Source: a virus (lineage: Duplodnaviria; Heunggongvirae; Uroviricota; Caudoviricetes). Taken from it: a stretch of 28,372 nt of DNA. The position numbers and the translations under genes were made by a program. Where the stretch lies: IMG/VR virus record IMGVR_UViG_2734482782_000001, positions 1 through 28,372 of that record. One strand, 5' to 3'. Of this stretch, positions 1 through 6,797 are shown piece after piece. The first letter of the stretch is position 1. Every line of letters begins with the position of its first letter. The notes beneath the pieces are model-generated. The model did no database searches, was not told where the DNA came from, and saw only the letters and a program-made list of their open reading frames with translations.

Positions 1-267
1 GAGGTTTGTGGTAAGCGCGTTTGTGAATTTTGTCACCAGCCCGGTAACATCTGCATTATCGAGAGCGTCCACGCCAGAGTTCGCAATAAACTGCCCCACC
101 AGCGCGGCAATTGTGGTCGCCTGCCGCAGAGCTTTATTTACCTGCGCACTGGACGCTTTCCCTGCGGTAAAACCAGACAGTAAAGCCGGGAGTGCTTCCC
201 AGTTCGCCTGTGGCGTGACATTAGCGTTAGGATCAAGCGCGAACGCTTTAAAGTTATTTGTTGCCAT
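1..267 (-). CDS. Putative tail fiber protein, N-terminal fragment; the gene continues beyond the window start
   Basis: ATG at 267-265 overlaps the stop of the upstream gene (TAATG coupling). My manual translation of the minus strand gives MATNNFKAFALDPNANVTPQANWEALPALLSGFTAGK... with no stop through position 1. Missing from the ORF track, apparently because it lacks an in-window stop. Position after the baseplate genes suggests a fiber. Confidence 0.5.
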   Translation of the reverse strand, partial: MATNNFKAFALDPNANVTPQANWEALPALLSGFTAGKASSAQVNKALRQATTIAALVGQFIANSGVDALDNADVTGLVTKFTNALTTNL

Positions 268-947
268 TAGAGTAAAGTCCCCCATGCTCCTACATCGAAC
301 CCGCCGATGTATTCGTTATCTAAATCAAAACCAAAGAATTTTGAGCCCTCGGACGGTGTTTCTACCGAAGGCGTTTCCACATCACCGGCCCATACGCCAG
401 CTGCTTTAACGGTGAGATAGCCCTGTTTGATTGCGGCGATCAGTTCGAGAGACACATCAGAAATATCAGTCTCCGGGAATACCCAGACCGAAATCGTCAT
501 GTCCTGGTTGTCGACGATCTGCATCTTCAGGCCAGAGCCTGCAGTCGCAGCGTCAAGGATGGGCGGCAGTGAGTCGTTGCGGCCGTCCCAGTTGTTGATA
601 GCGATTTTTGCTTTCAGAATGATGCGGTAGGTGTCATCGCTCAGCGACGTATAACCTGAATCCGGATCATACGGCCCTTGCCAGACGCCCTGGTCATATC
701 CGAGCCCGTCGGTGTCCCAGCTGAAATAAACACCCGTTATCGGCTGGCTAACTATACGGCTGCGTCCGATCCAGAGCCCGAGGGTATCAAGCTGGACGCC
801 TACAGCTGTATCGATGTCAAACGCGCTAACCAGCCCCCGGGTGGCTGATGTGATGTCAATCAGCGGCCGGGTGCTCAGGTCGATGTGATCAAAGTATTTC
901 GGTCTGGTGGCGTGGTAGTTGGTGATTAAGTCTGTGTACTTGCTCAT
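267..947 (-). CDS. Baseplate or tail protein (Mu gp48 / P2 gpI-like position)
   Basis: 226-aa ORF, ATG start, ATGA overlap with the J-like gene upstream. Lies between baseplate J and the tail fiber. Family not verified. Confidence 0.55.
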   Translation of the reverse strand: MSKYTDLITNYHATRPKYFDHIDLSTRPLIDITSATRGLVSAFDIDTAVGVQLDTLGLWIGRSRIVSQPITGVYFSWDTDGLGYDQGVWQGPYDPDSGYTSLSDDTYRIILKAKIAINNWDGRNDSLPPILDAATAGSGLKMQIVDNQDMTISVWVFPETDISDVSLELIAAIKQGYLTVKAAGVWAGDVETPSVETPSEGSKFFGFDLDNEYIGGFDVGAWGTLL

Positions 948-2143
948 GACGTCACCGTTAGAACAATATTTTCAGGCTTACAGGACGCTGATTCGTTGTA
1001 GGCGATATTGATATTAGCCGCCGCTACCGTTCCGGCAGATTTGCCAATCAGCAGCTCCTGAATGTCGTAATAGCGTGCGCTGCCACCACTGACCACGCCG
1101 AGGTTAGCCGGGGAGTAAATGCGGCTCAGCAGAACAGAATCACCGATCGTCAGCCCGTTGATGTAATCCGCAACGGCCTGCTGAATCTGTACGCCAATTT
1201 GCGACGTGTAGCCCGTAAAGGCTTTCAGTGTGATATGGCCGTAAATCGGAATATCAGTCGATCGCGAAAAGCTGATCACATGCGGGTTACCGTAGGTATC
1301 CGGCACCGTGACGGAAGTTGTCCCGTAGGTCGCGGTTCCCTGCCCTTTATTACCCCGGATAGTCTGGGCAATGTCGGTCACGTCCCCGCCGTCAACGATG
1401 GCCGATATAGAGTGTGGCGGCAGCCCGTTACTATCGGTAGCGCCAGTATCATTCTCGTAGAGCTTGTGACGTGTCACGCCAGCAACGTTAGCAATCGCAC
1501 CGTCGACGCCTTCAAACGGTGTGATAGAGGGCAGCGCAACGCTCTGCCCCTGCCTGATGCGCAGCTCTGCGTCGGTTTCTGCCGGAGCGCCTACGGTGGC
1601 CGCTGCCGGGTTGGTTACCGATGTCCAGCCTCGGGTCGGCGTGTTGATGGTAGTAATTGTCCCCGCCAGCGCTGCGACCGCGCCGCTGTTTGAACAGGTG
1701 GCAGTGGCCGTCACCGTACCGTCAACACCAATCACTACCGAGGCAGGAAGACGCCAGATCACGTTATTAGTGTCTTTCACAGTACCGTTCGTGATAGTTG
1801 TCCCTGCTGTGCCGGTGAGCAGCAGATCCACGGTGGAGTTCGTCGCCCCTTTGCGCGCGATACCGTTAATTTTCACGTTACTGGTCAGCGCTGCGCCGTA
1901 ACCCGTAGCAGGTGAGAAGCAGTTGTAAACGGCAATGGCCGTGTTATTGGCATCGTGAATAGCCAGAGCCACCAGCGCCACCATCTGGCCGTCTTTGCTA
2001 TCTGGCTCCAGATAAGCGTCACTGCCATAAATCTGCTGGAAATAGCTCGTCAGGGTATCGAGTATCGTCTGGTAATCAGGCGCACTGATCCCCTCAGCGG
2101 TTACCGTTGCCGATAAGCCGAGTGTGTCCAAATTGAGGGCCAT
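944..2143 (-). CDS. Baseplate J-like protein
   Basis: 399-aa ORF with ATG start, tightly coupled (TAAATG) to the gp46-like gene. Size and V -> W -> J gene order are typical of contractile-tail baseplates. Confidence 0.65.
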   Translation of the reverse strand: MALNLDTLGLSATVTAEGISAPDYQTILDTLTSYFQQIYGSDAYLEPDSKDGQMVALVALAIHDANNTAIAVYNCFSPATGYGAALTSNVKINGIARKGATNSTVDLLLTGTAGTTITNGTVKDTNNVIWRLPASVVIGVDGTVTATATCSNSGAVAALAGTITTINTPTRGWTSVTNPAAATVGAPAETDAELRIRQGQSVALPSITPFEGVDGAIANVAGVTRHKLYENDTGATDSNGLPPHSISAIVDGGDVTDIAQTIRGNKGQGTATYGTTSVTVPDTYGNPHVISFSRSTDIPIYGHITLKAFTGYTSQIGVQIQQAVADYINGLTIGDSVLLSRIYSPANLGVVSGGSARYYDIQELLIGKSAGTVAAANINIAYNESASCKPENIVLTVTS

Positions 2144-2497
2144 TTATGCCTCGCTGGTTACTGTCGTTGTTCCGTATATAGTGTCGATTTCAGCGAAGAA
2201 CTGGACGCGGCGCGTCGTCGTATTCACTGTCGTATTGAAAGAGAGAATGGATTTAACGCCCCGCGTTTCGAGGATGCGCTTACGGATCGCCAGGTTGTAG
2301 GTTTCCGGCTTCTGCTTACCGAGTACGGACTGAATCCACGGTGTCCCCTCTGTGGTGTCGAGAAACCACTGCCCATACCACAATTCGAATCGCGTTTTTA
2401 CAGCCTGCGCGACGGCCTCCGGTGAGTTAATCAGCCAGGTATCATCGCCGCTGCCAAAAGTGTAATCGCCGTCGTCGTCCTCACGTCGGTATCGCAT
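2144..2497 (-). CDS. Baseplate protein, GP46 / gp25(W)-like
   Basis: 117-aa ORF, ATG with GGGAGG RBS, immediately downstream of the V-like gene and upstream of J-like. Confidence 0.6.
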   Translation of the reverse strand: MRYRREDDDGDYTFGSGDDTWLINSPEAVAQAVKTRFELWYGQWFLDTTEGTPWIQSVLGKQKPETYNLAIRKRILETRGVKSILSFNTTVNTTTRRVQFFAEIDTIYGTTTVTSEA

Positions 2498-2499
2498 AA

Positions 2500-3153
2500 T
2501 TAGCCTCCCAGAGGTTTTGTATTGCTGCCGCCGCTTTCCACACCGCCATGCGTATGCTTATCAACGATTGAGCCATCCACCAGCTGCAGGCGGCCGTCAG
2601 ACAGAATTTTCAGGCCGTTCAGGTTGAACCCTCCCGGCGCGGTACCGGCTATAGCCCCACTTGAAGGATTAAGGCTCAGTTTGGTTCTGCCATCGTCGCT
2701 GCGCAGCTCAACCGCGCTGCCGCTGATGCCGCTGATTTTCTGCGCCTGCGACTGCGGTCCGACGATACAGAACGCATCCGATAAATCATGCACCCGGTCG
2801 TCGACAGGCTCCTGCACCCCGCCGTTCTGCCACCAGAAATCGATGCAGCGATCGGCGAAAATCACCAGGCATTCATCACCGGCTTTCACCGGGAACGTTA
2901 GCGTGCAGCCGCCGCCGCGTGGAAATATCACCGGCACATCCACCAGCAGCGGGTAATTTTTGGTAACGCGGTTGCCGTCGTTATCCGTTTCAACCGAACG
3001 AATAGCTGGCTGCACAACCGCCGTAACCGCGTCATGGTCGAATGACTGAACGATGCCAGGCAAAGCGACTCGGAGCTGGTTCTTTGTTGTGTCCCGCTCA
3101 GATTTGAATGTTTCGGCGAGGTCGCCGCTTCGGGTCTGGTCAGATACTGCCAT
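2500..3153 (-). CDS. Baseplate assembly protein V / central spike-like
   Basis: The track ORF 2500-3174 begins with TTG inside the terminator flank. The in-frame ATG at 3153 (MAVSDQTRSG...) is preceded by GGAGCC at good spacing, so I prefer that start. Size and position fit gpV-like. Confidence 0.6.
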   Translation of the reverse strand: MAVSDQTRSGDLAETFKSERDTTKNQLRVALPGIVQSFDHDAVTAVVQPAIRSVETDNDGNRVTKNYPLLVDVPVIFPRGGGCTLTFPVKAGDECLVIFADRCIDFWWQNGGVQEPVDDRVHDLSDAFCIVGPQSQAQKISGISGSAVELRSDDGRTKLSLNPSSGAIAGTAPGGFNLNGLKILSDGRLQLVDGSIVDKHTHGGVESGGSNTKPLGG

Positions 3154-3172
3154 TTGGTAGGCTCCAGAAAGC

Positions 3173-3198
3173 AAAAAACCCGCCGGGTGGCGGGTTTT
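3173..3198 (-). terminator. Rho-independent terminator closing the AT-rich cargo operon
   Basis: Plus strand reads AAAAAACCCGCCgggtGGCGGGTTTT: a GC stem CCCGCC/GGCGGG with a 4-nt loop. On the minus-strand transcript the stem is followed by a U6 run, directly after the stop of the 131-aa gene. Confidence 0.75.
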
Positions 3199-3217
3199 GC
3201 TAATTCACTGAATGAGT

Positions 3218-3613
3218 TTAAACAGCTTCGTCAGTCTTCATTTTTTCCCACTGAGAAAAAATAGTCTTAACCTCTAAGAGAGATTGCTGTGCCATTGCTT
3301 TATCAATTGCACAGCTAGTGAGGTCATAATCAGCTTCATTTCGAGCCAATCTCTGTTGCTCAAGTTTGTAAGCCATGGATTTTAGGCTTAATGGATCATA
3401 TGGCTCCAGTTTGTTTTCACTCTTATTTTTAAGATAAGAGATAAGGCTGGAATGATGATCCTTCGTATAAGCAGGAAGACTGGTCAGATTCTCTTTTATT
3501 TCATGGTAAAGCGCATAATATGCTCGCGAAATAGTATTACGATAACCAACCTCAGAATCTTCCGCAAAGCAACGCTCCGCAGAAGATAAAAATTCAGAGC
3601 TAGTTATAGGCAT
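3218..3613 (-). CDS. Hypothetical cargo protein, 131 aa, HEPN-like motifs
   Basis: ATG start with AAGGGTG RBS; overlaps the upstream 256-aa gene by 14 nt. About 35% GC by eye. Contains R30-x6-H37 (RAYYALYH) and R91-N-x3-Y96 (RNEADY), reminiscent of the HEPN Rx4-6H signature. Not confirmed by HMM. Confidence 0.7.
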   Translation of the reverse strand: MPITSSEFLSSAERCFAEDSEVGYRNTISRAYYALYHEIKENLTSLPAYTKDHHSSLISYLKNKSENKLEPYDPLSLKSMAYKLEQQRLARNEADYDLTSCAIDKAMAQQSLLEVKTIFSQWEKMKTDEAV

Positions 3614-4370
3614 ATTTACACCCTTTCAAGCTATTTCTTTCAACGGAAAAACGTGCAATAAGATTGCAATCATCCAGTAAATCGATTGAACAAATTTCAT
3701 CTGCAAGTCGCATATTCATTGCAACCACCTGCTCAGGGGATGCATTGACTACCTCAACCAGATAAGTCCCACCAGATGCACCGTTGATGTCAGCACGATA
3801 TTCAGTTGGCGGGAATTCAGCCATAACTCTATGAACAGCAAGAGCAACTTGCATGTATTGTTCTGAAGAGCAACCTGACTTTTTGTATGCTTCATCCATA
3901 TCGTGAATTACCTCCTGCAAGAAGGCTTCTGCGTCATCCCTATGTTCTTCTTGGGATAACATTTTGCAATGACGTCCAAAATATTCTACGCATTTTGATA
4001 GTTTCCCTACCAAATATGCAACGCCACCAGCCCTGTAAGTAAACCACTTGGTTGGATACTTATCAGCTAAAGAATAGATGTAGTAGTCCGATTTTTCGAG
4101 TAGAGAAAAACGCTCAAGCAGCTTACAAAAAATCCGCGCAAAGTTAACGTCAGCATGTGGGAGGATAGCTTCAAGCATTTCTATCCCGACACTCACCTCA
4201 CCTTTTGCAATATGAGCCAAAGCTACAAGCGTGTCAGCAGGCGGAGTATGCTTAGAGCCATATTCCGAAACCACCTCTCGAAAGGTCCAAATATCAAGAG
4301 GTTGACCACTATTGATTATCTTAACCAACTGGTCAAAACGCTCTTCCGCTTTCAGTTTTGGTCTTGCCAC
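3600..4370 (-). CDS. Hypothetical cargo protein, 256 aa, no recognisable motifs
   Basis: Long ORF in the AT-rich island. The first start codon after the in-frame upstream stop is GTG at 4370 with a weak SD, so the start is uncertain. No P-loop or nucleotidyltransferase motif seen. Confidence 0.65.
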   Translation of the reverse strand: MARPKLKAEERFDQLVKIINSGQPLDIWTFREVVSEYGSKHTPPADTLVALAHIAKGEVSVGIEMLEAILPHADVNFARIFCKLLERFSLLEKSDYYIYSLADKYPTKWFTYRAGGVAYLVGKLSKCVEYFGRHCKMLSQEEHRDDAEAFLQEVIHDMDEAYKKSGCSSEQYMQVALAVHRVMAEFPPTEYRADINGASGGTYLVEVVNASPEQVVAMNMRLADEICSIDLLDDCNLIARFSVERNSLKGCKYAYN

Positions 4371-4399
4371 AGTACGCTCGCTACTTATCTTTTGGTTGA

Positions 4400-4429
4400 A
4401 TTTTATGTTCGCGTATACAGTTTAGTCAA
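4400..4429 (-). promoter_or_regulatory. Candidate sigma70 promoter for the 256-aa/131-aa cargo operon
   Basis: On the minus strand: -35 TTGACT (4429-4424), 18-nt spacer, -10 TAAAAT (4405-4400), about 30 nt upstream of the GTG start at 4370. Confidence 0.45.
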
Positions 4430-4490
4430 TCCGAAGCTCATGCCGCTGAGCCGTTTCGCACAAAATCATCCATGCAAAAGGGATTGGACT

Positions 4491-4838
4491 TCAACCTGGC
4501 ACTTTCTTACACGGGAAAGAGCCGATGATTTTCGGCGCGTCCATGCTGTTCTGCAGCAGTTGGACGTTCAGGAAACGCGTTTCGGTACCAGGGCGATGGA
4601 TATACTCAAACCCATAGTTGTTGCCATCTTTAGCAGGCATTAGACCCATTTTGATCTGCATGCCTGTACCGTCTTTGCCCAACATTTTAACCTTTTGGGA
4701 TGTTACGGTTTCGCCATTGATTTTAAACAATGAGTCAGGGATCGCGTCCATACGAAAGTTACCACATTGCATCGTTATAGTGTTTGCACTTGCGCCAACA
4801 GACGCTAACGCCAGCAATGAAAAAATCCATCGTTTCAT
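4491..4838 (-). CDS. Small secreted protein with Sec signal peptide (cargo)
   Basis: The track ORF starts further upstream, but the internal ATG at 4838 gives MKRWIFSLLALASVGASA|NT..., a classic n/h/c signal peptide with an A-S-A cleavage site. GAGGGGG RBS sits 10 nt upstream; the start lies 2 nt after the hub stop. About 40-48% GC. Confidence 0.65.
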   Translation of the reverse strand: MKRWIFSLLALASVGASANTITMQCGNFRMDAIPDSLFKINGETVTSQKVKMLGKDGTGMQIKMGLMPAKDGNNYGFEYIHRPGTETRFLNVQLLQNSMDAPKIIGSFPCKKVPG

Positions 4839-4840
4839 TT

Positions 4841-5905
4841 CTATAACCCCCTCTGCAATGCAGTGCTCGATGGCATATCCTGCGCGCCACGCGCTTCGCA
4901 CATCATATCCATATACCACGCTTGGCCCCTTGTGTCGCCAGTGTACATAATCCCACGCACAATATAAACGCCATCCGTTGCGATGCTGGCAGGCTGCGCC
5001 GTGGTACCGCTGAGCGTGATATTGCCGTCTGTATTCTGGTCGGTGATGCGGCCCCCAGCCATCGCGATATCGTTGTTCGACAGTGCGGTGCGGAATACCG
5101 AAGCCTGATCCAGCTGAATGAGTCCGTTAACCCGGATGTTCGGGTTTATCAGCGCACGGACGTTCACGCCGTTGCCGATGGTCTGCTGCGGCATGCCGAT
5201 AAGCCCGGTGGCGCTGTTGAGCACAATCGCGTCGTGAACATACTCGTTATTCGCCACCATCTGGCGCTGGCCGTCCACGAACTGCCATGTTGCGCCACAT
5301 TGCCCGGCCACGTTATCCATAAGATGCCGTGTCATGCCGAACAGCACCCTGCCCCGGGGAAAAACGGTAGCAGGCATTTCAGGCGTCAGGCCTTCGGTCG
5401 CGCCTTTGGCCTCGAAGTCTTTCATCAGCGCGCGGTTCACGTCTGCGACCGTATAACCGGCCGCCAGCGTCTGCGAGGTTATGCTGGTGGCAAAGGCCAG
5501 ATCTGTATCGGCTGCCTGAATCAGGACGTAGGAATCAATGGGGCTGTCTTTTCCTGTGACCGAGTAACGAATTTCGCCGCTAAAAATCAGACCGTAGTTC
5601 CGGCCATCACTCTGGCCCACGTCCGCCGCGTCAACCTCCCGCACGGTCCCGACGTCGCTTGCCGATACCTCCGGCGCGATACCGTCGTAACCGGCAATTA
5701 GCCGCACCTTAGAAAACTCCTGCCCGGTGATGCGGTTCACCGTATCTGCCGAGAGGTTGTAGATTTTGAACGTTCCCACCCGGGACGCGCTGCTGATGTT
5801 GAACCAGTCGATCGTAAAGGTCACTTTAAAATCGCTGAGCTCAATACCCTGCCCGTTCTCGTCCACGAGCTGCAGCTCGAAATGTCTCATCCAGTTCTGC
5901 GACAT
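4841..5905 (-). CDS. Baseplate hub / tail protein (P2 gpD / Mu gp44-like position)
   Basis: 354-aa ORF, ATG start, high GC, placed after the tape measure and small tail proteins. Confidence 0.55.
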   Translation of the reverse strand: MSQNWMRHFELQLVDENGQGIELSDFKVTFTIDWFNISSASRVGTFKIYNLSADTVNRITGQEFSKVRLIAGYDGIAPEVSASDVGTVREVDAADVGQSDGRNYGLIFSGEIRYSVTGKDSPIDSYVLIQAADTDLAFATSITSQTLAAGYTVADVNRALMKDFEAKGATEGLTPEMPATVFPRGRVLFGMTRHLMDNVAGQCGATWQFVDGQRQMVANNEYVHDAIVLNSATGLIGMPQQTIGNGVNVRALINPNIRVNGLIQLDQASVFRTALSNNDIAMAGGRITDQNTDGNITLSGTTAQPASIATDGVYIVRGIMYTGDTRGQAWYMDMMCEARGAQDMPSSTALQRGL

Positions 5906-5907
5906 GC

Positions 5908-6210
5908 TTACTCCGTTGATACCAGTAAATGACTGCGGCCGCCCAGGTCGGTTTTCGTCGGATAATCCTGTGTGCTGTCGTCACAGACCACCACCAGCTT
6001 AAAGCCGAGCCCCATATAGCCGTACTGCGCCAGCAGGTCAGCGCCCGTAACGAGAGGAATACCAGAGATTACCGGCTCCCCTCTGTCGTTCTGCAGGTCC
6101 ATAATCCAGTACAGATCGCGCCAGGTGATGCTAATCCGCCAGGTGGTCCCCGCCAGGATGATGCTGAATTGCTGGTTATCCGCTGTCAGCGGGATTTCCT
6201 GAATTGCCAT
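5908..6210 (-). CDS. Small tail protein
   Basis: 100-aa ORF, ATG start, TAATG coupling with the upstream gene. Confidence 0.5.
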   Translation of the reverse strand: MAIQEIPLTADNQQFSIILAGTTWRISITWRDLYWIMDLQNDRGEPVISGIPLVTGADLLAQYGYMGLGFKLVVVCDDSTQDYPTKTDLGGRSHLLVSTE

Positions 6211-6797
6211 TAGCCGAGCCCCAGTAATGACGCCGCGTTACCCGTGATGCTTTTCAGCAGCGAGGTATTTGGCGGCTTTGTGGTTTTGGTGCCGGTATTC
6301 AGTACCGCCGACGTGCTGGCCCCGTCCTTCATGTTGGTTTTATCCGCGACGGTGATCTGCTGCGTCTGCGAGATAAGAACCTCCCTCAGGGTGAGGACGG
6401 CGGACAGGACGTTTTCGGTTGTCTTGTCTGTCGTCACTTCCATCGCGCGGATCAGCATGTTGCTGTACAGCCGTTTGCCGGTCACCACATCGAAAGGGAT
6501 ACGGCTCGCCTGCAGGTCGAGTATCTCCTGATACGTCTGCTGGGGGCTCAGACCGAGCAGACTGGTGGCCGTCAGGTTACTGGCAAAATCCAGCAACGAT
6601 CCGCCACCAGCGAAACCGACCTCCATCACCACTTCAGACGGTTTTTTGTAGGCATGGTCAGCGATAGCGGCCCCGACCTCGACAGGGTGCTCTGTTATCT
6701 CCAGCGTGTCGGTATGCTTCTCAGAAACAACCACACTGGGGACAATCATCCCTATTTTCCGGCTCTGCTGCTGAAAGAGCGTAGAGAGAATATCCAT
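6210..6797 (-). CDS. Tail protein downstream of the tape measure
   Basis: 195-aa ORF, ATG start, TAATG coupling with the TMP stop. Confidence 0.5.
   Translation of the reverse strand: MDILSTLFQQQSRKIGMIVPSVVVSEKHTDTLEITEHPVEVGAAIADHAYKKPSEVVMEVGFAGGGSLLDFASNLTATSLLGLSPQQTYQEILDLQASRIPFDVVTGKRLYSNMLIRAMEVTTDKTTENVLSAVLTLREVLISQTQQITVADKTNMKDGASTSAVLNTGTKTTKPPNTSLLKSITGNAASLLGLG

Noticed and set aside
8-409. 133-aa plus-strand ORF at the window start
   Set aside because: It lies antisense to the minus-strand tail-fiber N-terminus (1-267) and the 3' end of the 267-947 gene. It has no SD and interrupts an otherwise tightly coupled minus-strand operon.
3153-3174. TTG start at 3174 for the baseplate V gene, as in the ORF track
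   Set aside because: The TTG abuts the terminator hairpin and has no SD. The in-frame ATG at 3153 has a GGAGCC SD at proper spacing.
3600-4370. Minimal nucleotidyltransferase (MNT) identity for the 256-aa protein, as the usual partner of a HEPN protein
   Set aside because: There is no GS-x(9-13)-DxD motif at the right spacing and the protein is far larger than MNT antitoxins. The only Gly-Ser and Asp-rich patches are about 30 residues apart.
4491-4919. Full 142-aa track ORF including 27 residues upstream of the signal peptide
   Set aside because: The upstream extension overlaps the hub gene. The internal ATG at 4838 has a strong SD and yields a canonical N-terminal signal peptide.
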